From Trueperaceae bacterium (GTDB lineage Bacteria; Deinococcota; Deinococci; Deinococcales; Trueperaceae), in contig JAXHNB010000005.1 in the NCBI GenBank assembly GCA_034520945.1, forward strand, positions 480,001 to 544,000: DNA of 64,000 nucleotides, read 5' to 3'. The notes below the pieces were generated by a model that was given only the letters and a program-made list of their open reading frames with translations, was not told the origin of the DNA and did not search any database. The translations under genes were made by a program, and so were the position numbers. Shown one piece after another: positions 45,694-55,660 of this stretch (position 1 is its first letter; each line of letters starts with the position of its first letter).

Positions 45694-47886
45694 TCAGGCG
45701 GGCCTGGGGGCGGTGCGCGGCTGGCGTTGGCGGCTCTTGAACCACACCACCAGCGGCGACACGATGAACACGCTGGAGTACGTCCCTACGGCGATGCCGA
45801 TCAGCAGGGTGAGGCTGAAGTCGCGCAGCACGCTGCCGCCGAACAGCAGCAGCGACAGCACCGGCAGCAGGGTGGTGGCGCTGGTCATCACCGTGCGGGA
45901 CAGCGTCTGGTTGACGGACAGGTCGACGATCTCGTCGTAGCTGCGGTCGCGGGTGCGGCGCAGGTTCTCGCGGATGCGGTCCGCGATGATGATGGAGTCG
46001 TTCAGCGAGTAGCCCACCACGAACAACAGCGCCGCCAGCACCGGAATGCTGAACTGGGCGTTCACCAGGTCGATCACGCCCAGGGTGATGCCGACGTCGT
46101 GCACCGCGGCCAGCACCGCCGCGATGGCCACGATCCAGGTCGGCCAGAAGCGCGACGTGACGTACAGCAGGATCAGCATCAGGGCCATCCCGACGGCGTA
46201 CATGGCGCCGCGCCGCAGGTCGGACCCGACGGCCGGCCCGACGAAGTCGGCCTGCAACACGCGCGCGTTCAGCGACTCGGCCAGGGCGTTGGGGAACTCG
46301 CTGGCGACCGCTTCGTCCTGGGTGAGCCCCACCCGGACGCTGACCAGGTTCTCGCCGATGGTGCCGTCCTGCACCTCGACCACGGTGGCGCCCTCGCCGG
46401 ACACGCCGGTGAAGTCCAGCTGGTTGATGGCTCGGCGCACGTCCGCGATGGGGAGGGCCTCCTCGCCCTGCAGCAGCACCGAGGTGCCGCCGGTGAAGTC
46501 GGTCGACATCCGCAGGCCGGTCATGGCGACGCTGCCGATGGCGACCAACGCCAGCAGGGCCGAGATCGACATCACGATCGGCGCCTTCCGCACGAAGCGG
46601 TAGCGAATGCCGCGAAGGTAGAAGCCGCCGGGCATGCGGGGCCGCTTGAAGCGAAGGCTGGCGACGTCCAACATCCAGGGCACCACCACGGTGTTCACGA
46701 ACACGGCGGCGACGATGCCGATGGCCAGCGTGATGGCGAAGCCCCGTACCGGCCCGGTGGTGTACTGGTACAGCGCGGCGGTGGCCAGCAGCGTGGTGGC
46801 GTTGGCGTCGATGATGGCGGAGAGCGAGTTGCCGAAGCCGTTCTTCATGGCCAAGCGGAGGCCACGGCCGTCGCGGAGCTCCTCCTTGATCCGCTCGAAG
46901 CTGATCACGTTGCCGTCGACGGCGGCGCCGATGGTGAGCACCAGGCCCGCCAGGCCCGGCAGCGTCAACGCCGCGCCCAGGCCGGCCAGCACGCCGAACA
47001 CGAACAGCATCGCCAGCCCCAGCCCCAGCGTGAGCACCAGGCCGAACAGCGGACCGTAGTAGGCGATGATCGCGATGATCACCGCGGCCGCGCCGATGAA
47101 GGCGGCGGTGCGTCCGGCCGCGACGGAGTCCTGCCCCAGCGTGGGGCCGATGGCGCGGACCTCCTGCACCTGCAGGTTGATCGGCAGGCTGCCGCTCCGC
47201 AGCACCAGCGCGATGTCGGTGGCCTCCTCCAGGTCCTGGATGCCGGTGATCTGGCCCTGATCGCTGATGCGGGACTGCAGGGTGGGGGCGGTGATGATGT
47301 TGTCGTCCAGCACCACCGCCATGCGGCGCCCGGTGTTGGTGCCGGTGAAGTCGCCGAAGTCGCCGGTGTACTCGCGCTTGATGGTGAAGAACACCGCGGG
47401 GCCGGTGGACGCCCCCGCCACCTGCTGGAAGTCGGCGCGGGCGGTCTGGATGATCTCCCCGGTGAAGGTGGTCTCCTCCAGGTCGTCCAGCGTCAGCTGC
47501 TCCGAGGGCACGCTGTTGGCCTCGGGTCGTACCAGTGCGAACTCGAGCACCGCCTGCTGGCCGATCAGGTCGAGGGCGCGGTCCTGATCCTCGGAGGTGA
47601 GGCCGGGAAGCTCGACGACGACGCGGTTGCCGCCGCTGGTCTGAATCAGCGGCTCGGCGACGCCGAACTCGTTGACGCGGTTCTCGACGATGTTGCGGGC
47701 GGTCTGCATGTCCTCTTGCGCTGGGTTTGGCTCCTCGGCCTGCAGGACGACGCGGAGGCCGCCCTGCAGGTCGAGGCCCAGCTTCAGGCTGTCGGTTCCG
47801 GTCTGGTTCCACGGCTGCCACAGGTAGGCGATCGACGCCAGGACGGCGGCCAGGACGAGGGCGGCTGTGAAGGTTCGCTGGTTCAT
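45694..47886 (-). CDS. secDF: Fused protein translocase subunit SecDF
   Basis: LGLDLQGG, IGPTLG, AVDGNVISFERIKEE, DFTGG and GYSLNDSIIIADRIRE motifs. Confidence 0.97.
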   Translation of the reverse strand: MNQRTFTAALVLAAVLASIAYLWQPWNQTGTDSLKLGLDLQGGLRVVLQAEEPNPAQEDMQTARNIVENRVNEFGVAEPLIQTSGGNRVVVELPGLTSEDQDRALDLIGQQAVLEFALVRPEANSVPSEQLTLDDLEETTFTGEIIQTARADFQQVAGASTGPAVFFTIKREYTGDFGDFTGTNTGRRMAVVLDDNIITAPTLQSRISDQGQITGIQDLEEATDIALVLRSGSLPINLQVQEVRAIGPTLGQDSVAAGRTAAFIGAAAVIIAIIAYYGPLFGLVLTLGLGLAMLFVFGVLAGLGAALTLPGLAGLVLTIGAAVDGNVISFERIKEELRDGRGLRLAMKNGFGNSLSAIIDANATTLLATAALYQYTTGPVRGFAITLAIGIVAAVFVNTVVVPWMLDVASLRFKRPRMPGGFYLRGIRYRFVRKAPIVMSISALLALVAIGSVAMTGLRMSTDFTGGTSVLLQGEEALPIADVRRAINQLDFTGVSGEGATVVEVQDGTIGENLVSVRVGLTQDEAVASEFPNALAESLNARVLQADFVGPAVGSDLRRGAMYAVGMALMLILLYVTSRFWPTWIVAIAAVLAAVHDVGITLGVIDLVNAQFSIPVLAALLFVVGYSLNDSIIIADRIRENLRRTRDRSYDEIVDLSVNQTLSRTVMTSATTLLPVLSLLLFGGSVLRDFSLTLLIGIAVGTYSSVFIVSPLVVWFKSRQRQPRTAPRPA

Positions 47887-47941
47887 GATCCTCCTGGGAG
47901 GGGTGCGAGGGCGTTGGGGTCGGGCAAACGAGGCCGTCGCC

Positions 47942-48310
47942 TCATCCGCCCTCCAGGTTGCGCCTCGAGAACCAGCGTTGGGCGCGGGTGCGCCGGACCG
48001 GCGTGCGCGCGGCGGCCCGGGGCAGCGCCGGCAGCGTGTGGCGGCTGGCCCCGCGCCACGGCCGCACGCCCGGCGTGGCGGCGTCCCCGGTGAGGAGGGC
48101 GGGGACGTACGCGACCGACAGGAGCAGCGGCGGCGGGGGGGCGGCCAGCCCCGCGTGCAGCGGTACCGGCGCGCCGGCGGGCCCTTCGCCGACCGGCGGG
48201 GCGGGGTGCGCCGCGGCGCCCGCCGGCCACGCGCCCGCGCCCGCCGCCAGCAGGGCGGCGATCAGCGTGGTGCGCAGCCGCGCGGCGGCCGTGGGCGCCC
48301 CGCGTCGCAT
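47942..48310 (-). CDS. 122-aa signal-peptide uORF directly upstream of secDF (candidate arrest/monitor peptide)
   Basis: TGATG coupling to the infB stop, Sec-type N-terminus, Pro/Ala-rich body, C-terminus WFSRRNLEGG; ends 55 nt before the secDF ATG. Confidence 0.6.
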   Translation of the reverse strand: MRRGAPTAAARLRTTLIAALLAAGAGAWPAGAAAHPAPPVGEGPAGAPVPLHAGLAAPPPPLLLSVAYVPALLTGDAATPGVRPWRGASRHTLPALPRAAARTPVRRTRAQRWFSRRNLEGG

Positions 48311-50145
48311 CAGGTGCCCGGCACCTCGACCATCTCGTACGCCTCGATGATGTCGCCCTCCTGGACGTTGTCGTAGTTGGACAGGTTGATGCCGCACTCG
48401 AACCCTTGCGTGACCTCGCGAACGTCGTCCTTGAAGCGCTTGAGGCCGGCGATGGAGCCCTTGTACGCCTCCTTGCCGCCCCGGTTGAGGCGCGCCTTGG
48501 CGCCACGCCGGATCACGCCGTGGGTGACGTACGACCCCGCGATGTTGCCGCTGCGCGGGACGCGGATCACCATGCGCACCTCGGCGTGGCCGAGCACCTT
48601 CTCCTCGAACTCCGGCTCGATCTGACCGCGGATCATGCGCTGCACGTCCTCGATCAGTTGGTAGATGATCTTGTACGTCTTGAGCGGGATGCCTTGGCGC
48701 TCGGCCGACTTCTTGACGCTGCCGGGCGGATTGACGCCGAAGGCGATCACCTGCGCGTCGCCGGTGGAGGCCAACAGCAGGTCCGACTCCGTCGGCGCGC
48801 CGACGTCGGCCAGCATGATGTCGATGTCCACGTCGTCGGTCGCTTCGGACTCGCGTTGCAGCACGCCCTTGATCGCTTCGAGGGTGCCCTGCGTGTCCGC
48901 TCGGACGATCAGGTTGATGGTGGCGACGTTGGGCTTGCCGAACAGGTCGGCCAGGGTGAGGTCCTTGCGTCCGATGTCGCCCCGCCCGGACGCCTTGCGC
49001 GCCTCTAGGCGCTCGCCCGCGATCCGCTTGGCGGTGGCCTCGTTCGGGGCGGCCACGACCGTGTCGCCGGCGCCGGGTTGCTCGCTGAAGCCGAGGATCT
49101 GGGCGGGCGTGCTGGGGCCCGCCTCCGAGATCTGCGAGCCGGTGTGATCGCTAAGGCGGCGGATCTTGGCCCACGCCTCGCCCGACACGACGTAATCGGC
49201 GACCCGCAGCGTGCCCTGCTGCACCAGGACGGTGGTGAGCACCCCGGCGCGCTTGTCGAGGAGCGACTCGACCACGACGCCTTCGAACGGTGCCTCGGGG
49301 TCGCCCCGCAGCTCCTGCACCTCGGCGACCAGCCCGATCATCTCGAGCAGGTCGGGGATGCCTTCGCCGGTGGTGGCGCTGATCGGCACCACGATGGTGT
49401 CCCCGCCGAAGTCCTCGGGCACCAGCTCGACCTGCATCAGGTCGCGCTTCACCTTCTCGGGGTCGGCGCGGGGCAGGTCGATCTTGTTGATCGCCACCAG
49501 GATCGGCACGCCGGCCGCCTTGGCGTGCGCGATCGCTTCGCGGGTCTGCGGCATGATGCTGTCGTCGGCCGCGACCACGATGACGGCGATGTCGGTGGCG
49601 TTGGCGCCGCGTTGACGGATGGCGGTGAACGCCTCGTGCCCGGGCGTGTCCAGGAAGGTGATCGGTCCACCGGCGGTCTCGGCCACGTAGGCGCCGATGT
49701 GCTGCGTGATGCCGCCCGCCTCGCCGGCCGCCACCCGTGTCTTACGGATGTAGTCCAGCAGCGAGGTCTTGCCGTGATCCACGTGCCCCATCACCGTCAC
49801 CACCGGGGCGCGGAGCGGGGCGCGTTCGGCCTCGGCGGTCGCCGTGGCGCTGGGCCCGGCGGCGGGCTGCTCCTTGACGGCCGTGCCGCCACGGGGGGCG
49901 TCGCCGCCGGACGCCGCGGTCGGTGCGGGCTCGGGCGCGGCCGGCGCGGGGACGTCGCCGCCCCCGCCGGCGCCCTCATCGCTGCTCTCGTCCACCAGCT
50001 GACGCACCGTCTCCGCCGTGTCGGCGTCCAGGGTGCTGGAGTGCGACTTGTACGCCACCCCCATGTCGTCGAGGATGGCGAGAAGCCTCTTGCTCTCGAT
50101 CCCCAGGTCCTTCGCGAGTTGGTAGATCCGTACCTTTTCGGACAT
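48310..50145 (-). CDS. infB: Translation initiation factor IF-2
   Basis: [30 protein letters not shown] and GFECGI motifs. Confidence 0.98.
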   Translation of the reverse strand: MSEKVRIYQLAKDLGIESKRLLAILDDMGVAYKSHSSTLDADTAETVRQLVDESSDEGAGGGGDVPAPAAPEPAPTAASGGDAPRGGTAVKEQPAAGPSATATAEAERAPLRAPVVTVMGHVDHGKTSLLDYIRKTRVAAGEAGGITQHIGAYVAETAGGPITFLDTPGHEAFTAIRQRGANATDIAVIVVAADDSIMPQTREAIAHAKAAGVPILVAINKIDLPRADPEKVKRDLMQVELVPEDFGGDTIVVPISATTGEGIPDLLEMIGLVAEVQELRGDPEAPFEGVVVESLLDKRAGVLTTVLVQQGTLRVADYVVSGEAWAKIRRLSDHTGSQISEAGPSTPAQILGFSEQPGAGDTVVAAPNEATAKRIAGERLEARKASGRGDIGRKDLTLADLFGKPNVATINLIVRADTQGTLEAIKGVLQRESEATDDVDIDIMLADVGAPTESDLLLASTGDAQVIAFGVNPPGSVKKSAERQGIPLKTYKIIYQLIEDVQRMIRGQIEPEFEEKVLGHAEVRMVIRVPRSGNIAGSYVTHGVIRRGAKARLNRGGKEAYKGSIAGLKRFKDDVREVTQGFECGINLSNYDNVQEGDIIEAYEMVEVPGT

Positions 50146-50424
50146 TCATCCCTCCCGTGCGCTGCGTCGTGTCTCGAGGTGACGATCGAGCTGTTCGGCC
50201 ACCGCGCCCGCCTGCCCGCGGAATGCGCGGCGAAGATCCTTTTCCTTGGCCACGGCCGCGCAGTCGGGGCACACCCATGCCCCGCGCCCGCCGGCGGTGC
50301 CGTCCGGATCGAGGCGCCAGGTCCCGTCCTCCGCCCGCGCGATCCGCAGCAGGGCGGCCTTCGGGGCGGAGGTGCGGCAGCGTACGCAGCGCCGCAGGGG
50401 AACGTGGCGGCTCGTCGGCACCAT
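50146..50424 (-). CDS. ylxR: YlxR/DUF448 RNA-binding protein
   Basis: PLRRCVRCR and GRGAWVC motifs; lies between nusA and infB. Confidence 0.9.
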   Translation of the reverse strand: MVPTSRHVPLRRCVRCRTSAPKAALLRIARAEDGTWRLDPDGTAGGRGAWVCPDCAAVAKEKDLRRAFRGQAGAVAEQLDRHLETRRSAREG

Positions 50425-50426
50425 GG

Positions 50427-51785
<1,359 letters not shown>

Positions 51786-51810
51786 GCGTTCACTCCTATT
51801 CGGTTGTGGG

Positions 51811-52254
51811 TCAGCGCGGCTCGCTGGGCCATTCCGCCAACCGTGCGGTGTCGATGTCGTGCAGCGTGAGTTCCAGGCGTTCTCCGTCCACCTCGAACAC
51901 GACGTTCGTGTCACTGGCCTCCCGAATCACGCCGGTGAAGCTGCGTTCGCCGCTTCGGACCTTGGCGGCCAGGTCGTGGAAGCGGGCGAAGTGCCGGGCG
52001 CGGAACAGCGGCCGCTTGGCGCCGGGCGATTCGACCTCCAGCTGGTAGCGGCCCTGGAACGGGTCCAGGCGGTCCAACTCCAAGCCGAACGCTTCGCTGG
52101 CGGTCTGCACGTCGCCCACGGAGACGGTGCCTTCGTCCCAGCGATCGATGCGGACCAGCACCCGCGGGGTGCGCGTCTTGTGCGACACGTTCACCTCGAG
52201 CACTTCGAACCCGAGGGGCGTGAGCACCTCGGCTGCGGCCTGCGCCAGATCCAT
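51811..52254 (-). CDS. rimP: Ribosome maturation factor RimP
   Basis: YQLEVESPGAKRPL motif; first gene of the nusA operon; SD GGGAGG. Confidence 0.92.
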   Translation of the reverse strand: MDLAQAAAEVLTPLGFEVLEVNVSHKTRTPRVLVRIDRWDEGTVSVGDVQTASEAFGLELDRLDPFQGRYQLEVESPGAKRPLFRARHFARFHDLAAKVRSGERSFTGVIREASDTNVVFEVDGERLELTLHDIDTARLAEWPSEPR

Positions 52255-52349
52255 GCGTCCTCCCTGGTCCGTACCCGCCGACACCGTCCGTGCGCCGGTC
52301 GCGGCCGTGCGGGCCGCGTCCGGTGCCTTGGGGGGTCGGTCCTGCAATG

Positions 52350-52376
52350 AAAAGGGCGGGCTCGTCGAACCCACCC
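52350..52376 (-). terminator. rimP-leader terminator/attenuator hairpin
   Basis: GGGTGGGTTC-GAC-GAGCCCGCCC-TTTT in the 5' UTR of rimP. Confidence 0.7.
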
Positions 52377-52408
52377 GGCAAGGCAGTCGGACCAAACTTC
52401 CGCTCGGG

Positions 52409-52437
52409 AGTATAGCGCTCTGGCGCGCGTGCGACAA
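52409..52437 (-). promoter_or_regulatory. Sigma70 promoter of the rimP-nusA-infB-secDF operon
   Basis: TTGTCG-N17-TATACT on the minus strand. Confidence 0.7.
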
Positions 52438-52656
52438 GGGACCGGACGACGCGCGGACTTGTGCCGGGCGGGACGCAGCGGGTAGCATGCGACGCGATGC
52501 CGCAGGTGTCGCGAGCTTCCAGCTGATGACACGCGTCCAGGACGCGTGTCGCACGTCGGATGGCCCCGAGCGGGGGCCGTCCGTTTCGTTGGGCGGGACG
52601 CCATTGGGCCAGGCCGGACGCGACCCCACGCGCACGCCGCGGCGGTAGGGAGGAAC

Positions 52657-53847
52657 ATGACGAAGCCCACGGGCGAGGTGCTCCTGCTCACGCCGGGCCC
52701 GACCCCGATCCACCCCCGGGCGCTGGCGGCCATGCAGTGGCCCATGCGGGGCCACATGGACCCCGAGGTGTTCGCGTACAACGATGCCCTGGTCGCCGAC
52801 CTGGCGCGCCTGTACGGGGCCGAGGAGGGCGCCTTCCCCAGCCTGCTCTCGGGCACGGGGTCGCTCGGCATGGAGGCCGGGCTGGCCAACCTGCTGGAAC
52901 GGGGCGAGCGGCTGCTGGTCGCCAGCAACGGCGCCTTCGGCGAGCGGATGGCGATGATGGGCAGCCGCCTCGGGCTGGAGGTGAGCGTGGTGCGGGCCGC
53001 GGTGGGCGACGCCATCGACCCCGACGAGCTGCGCCAGGTCGCCCGGCGGGTGCGGCCCAAGGTGATCTCCGTCGTGCACGGCGAGACCAGCACCGGCGTG
53101 CTGAACCCGCTGCCGGCCATCGCGGAGGTGGCGCACGAGGTGGACGCCCTGCTGTCGGTCGACGCGGTCACCACCGTCGGCATGATGCCGTTCGGCATGG
53201 CCGAGCTGGGGATCGACTACGCCTACACCGGCTCGCAGAAGTGCCTGTCGGCGCCGCCCGGCCTGGCGCCGGTGGTGTACAGCGCGCGGGCCATGGAGGC
53301 GGTCGAGGCGCGGCGCCTGCCGCCCGCCACCTGGTACGCCGACGCCCACGGCATGCGCGCCTACTGGGACCCCGGCGGGGCCCGCGCCTACCACCACACC
53401 ATCCCCGTGCAGCTGCACTGGGCCACCGGCGAGGCGATCCGTGCCGCGCTGGAGGAGGGCATGGAGGTGCGCGAGGCCCGCGTGCGGCGCTTGGGGCAGG
53501 CCGTGCTGGCCAGCCTGGCGCCCGAAGGGTTCGCCCCGTTCGTGCCGGAAGGGCGCCGCCTGCCGACCGTGCTGGCGCTCACGCTGCCGCCCGGCCTGAA
53601 TGATCGGGCCGTCCGCCATGCGCTGCGTCACCAGCACGCCATCAGCGTCGCCGGCGGGCTGGGCCGCACCGAGGGGCGGATCTGGCGCCTGGGGCTGATG
53701 GGCGAGAACGCGCGCGTGTCGTACTACCGGCGCCTGATGCAGGCGCTGGCCGAGATCCTGGACGCCCCGGCGCTGCCGGAACGCTTCGACGCCGCCGCGG
53801 TCGCCTCCGCCGGCGGCACGGTGGACGAGGTGGAGGTCCCCGCGTGA
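52657..53847 (+). CDS. Class V PLP aminotransferase (alanine-glyoxylate/serine-pyruvate type)
   Basis: [33 protein letters not shown] and WRLGLMG motifs. Confidence 0.9.
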   Translation: MTKPTGEVLLLTPGPTPIHPRALAAMQWPMRGHMDPEVFAYNDALVADLARLYGAEEGAFPSLLSGTGSLGMEAGLANLLERGERLLVASNGAFGERMAMMGSRLGLEVSVVRAAVGDAIDPDELRQVARRVRPKVISVVHGETSTGVLNPLPAIAEVAHEVDALLSVDAVTTVGMMPFGMAELGIDYAYTGSQKCLSAPPGLAPVVYSARAMEAVEARRLPPATWYADAHGMRAYWDPGGARAYHHTIPVQLHWATGEAIRAALEEGMEVREARVRRLGQAVLASLAPEGFAPFVPEGRRLPTVLALTLPPGLNDRAVRHALRHQHAISVAGGLGRTEGRIWRLGLMGENARVSYYRRLMQALAEILDAPALPERFDAAAVASAGGTVDEVEVPA

Positions 53848-54488
53848 CCCCCCCGCAGGACGGCGGCGCCCCGGAGCCGGTCCCCGAGGACGTGCGCGAC
53901 CACCAGCCCAGCGCGGAGGCCGAGGCGCGCGCCGAGCGCGCCGGGGTGGACCTGGCGCGCGCCCGCAGCGAGGACCCCGAGACGTTCCGGATGCTGAACG
54001 CCGGCGAAATCGCCCGCGTGTCGCCCGAGCTGGCCGACGACGTCGCGGCGCTGGTGTGGTCCGCCTTTCCGGAGCGGCGCATCTACCGGGTGCCCTCCGG
54101 CGCGCACGAACGGCTGCTGGCGTTCCCGCCGCTGGACGCCGCGGCGTATCAAGCCTTCGACGACGGCGCGGCCGACCTGGTCGCCAAGGACGCCTACGCG
54201 GACGCGTACGCCTTCTTCCGCACCGTGCGCGACATCCGCGGCACGCGCCGCGAGTTGATGCTGCCCACGCCGCCGGACGCCTGGCAGGGCGATGCGGCGC
54301 TGATCGGGCCGTTCGACAGCGAGGAGCAGGCCCGTGCCTGGCCCGAGGGGCGCCTCTCCGCCGACCTGATGTCCGACCCGGTCCCGTACCGGGGCCGCTG
54401 GTTCTGCGACGTGTTCCCCAATGACGAGGCCTGGCTGGCCGGCGGCGGCGCGGGCGGGTCCCCGTCTGCGCCCGCGGGCCGCGCTTGA
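53844..54488 (+). CDS. Hypothetical protein (214 aa)
   Basis: GTGA-coupled to the aminotransferase, host-like codon usage; no family recognised. Confidence 0.65.
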   Translation: MTPPQDGGAPEPVPEDVRDHQPSAEAEARAERAGVDLARARSEDPETFRMLNAGEIARVSPELADDVAALVWSAFPERRIYRVPSGAHERLLAFPPLDAAAYQAFDDGAADLVAKDAYADAYAFFRTVRDIRGTRRELMLPTPPDAWQGDAALIGPFDSEEQARAWPEGRLSADLMSDPVPYRGRWFCDVFPNDEAWLAGGGAGGSPSAPAGRA

Positions 54489-54513
54489 CGGGGGTCGGGG
54501 CCGGGGCTAGGAT
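54485..54513 (+). promoter_or_regulatory. Sigma70 promoter of pheST
   Basis: TTGACG-N17-TAGGAT, 7 nt before ATG 54521. Confidence 0.8.
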
Positions 54514-54520
54514 TGGCCGC

Positions 54521-54559
54521 ATGACGCGTCCGGCCCGGACCGCAGCCTTCGCCCACTGA
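54521..54559 (+). CDS. Leaderless 12-aa leader peptide MTRPARTAAFAH (putative pheST attenuator peptide)
   Basis: ATG at the expected +1; Phe codon third from the end; followed by a terminator. Confidence 0.55.
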   Translation: MTRPARTAAFAH

Positions 54560-54583
54560 GCGGCGCGGACGCCGCGTCGCCTC

Positions 54584-54616
54584 GCCGCCGTCCCGGGTCC
54601 GGGGCGCGGCTTTTTT
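54584..54616 (+). terminator. Attenuator terminator in the pheS leader
   Basis: GCCGC(C)GTCCCG-GGTC-CGGGGCGCGGC followed by TTTTTT. Confidence 0.75.
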
Positions 54617-54673
54617 GTGGCCGGCGCGCCCCGTGGCGGGCCCGCCACGCCCCACGCCCGAGGAGGCCCCCCG

Positions 54674-55660
54674 ATGTACGAAGACGCCCGCGCCGAGATC
54701 GAGGCCGCCGCCGACCTGGACGTTCTGCAGGAGGTCCGCGTCCGTTGGCTGGGCAAGAAGGGCCGCGTCACCGCCGAGCTCGCCAAGCTGGGCTCGCTTC
54801 CGCCCGAGGAGCGGCGCGAGGCGGGGCGGCGCGTGAACGAAGCCAAGAAGCGCATACAGGAGGCGCTGGACGCCCGCAAGGCCGAGCTGGAGCGCGCGGA
54901 GGTGGCGCGCCGCCTGGCCGCCGAGCGGGTCGACGTGACCCTGCCCGGCACGCGGGGGCCGGACGGCGGCCTGCACCTGCTGACGCGCGTCACCAACCGG
55001 CTGCTGGACGTGTTCCACGGCCTCGGCTACGAGGTGGTGACCGGGCCGGAACTGGAGAGTGACGCCTACAACTTCGAAGCGCTGAACTTCCCGCCCGAGC
55101 ATCCCGCCCGCGACGAGCAGGACACCTTCTGGAGCGAGGACGGCCGGCTGCTGCGCACGCACACCAGCCCCATGCAGGTGCGCTACATGGAGACGCACGC
55201 GCCGCCGTTCAAGGTGGTGGTGCCCGGCAAGGTGTTCCGCAACGAGGCGGTCGACGCCACCCACGAGGCGCAGTTCCATCAACTCGAGGCGCTGGTGGTG
55301 GGCGAGCGCATCACCATGGCCGACCTGCGCGGCGCGATTCAGGCGATGGCCGACGCCTTCTTCGGTGAGGGGACCCGCACCCGGCTGCAGCCCAGCTACT
55401 TCCCGTTCGTCGAGCCCGGCGCGGAGTTCGCGGTGCACTGGACGCACCCCCGTACCGGCCGGCCGGAATGGCTGGAGCTCGGCGGTTGCGGCATGGTGCA
55501 CCCGAACGTGTTCCGTGCCGTGGGGTATCAGGGCGTGACCGGGTTCGCGTTCGGGTTCGGGATCGAACGCCTGGCGATGGTGCCCTACGGCGTGCCGGAC
55601 ATCCGCTGGTTCTACCAGAGCGACCTGCGGGTGCTGCGCCAGTTCCGGGGGGCGCTGTGA
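54674..55660 (+). CDS. pheS: Phenylalanine-tRNA ligase alpha subunit
   Basis: HPARDEQDTF, LLRTHTSP, FHQLE, YFPFVEP and GFAFGFGIERL motifs. Confidence 0.98.
   Translation: MYEDARAEIEAAADLDVLQEVRVRWLGKKGRVTAELAKLGSLPPEERREAGRRVNEAKKRIQEALDARKAELERAEVARRLAAERVDVTLPGTRGPDGGLHLLTRVTNRLLDVFHGLGYEVVTGPELESDAYNFEALNFPPEHPARDEQDTFWSEDGRLLRTHTSPMQVRYMETHAPPFKVVVPGKVFRNEAVDATHEAQFHQLEALVVGERITMADLRGAIQAMADAFFGEGTRTRLQPSYFPFVEPGAEFAVHWTHPRTGRPEWLELGGCGMVHPNVFRAVGYQGVTGFAFGFGIERLAMVPYGVPDIRWFYQSDLRVLRQFRGAL

Noticed and set aside
54490..54673. T-box riboswitch upstream of pheS
   Set aside because: The leader is short and lacks the AGGGUGGNACCGCG T-box motif and stem I. A peptide attenuator fits better.
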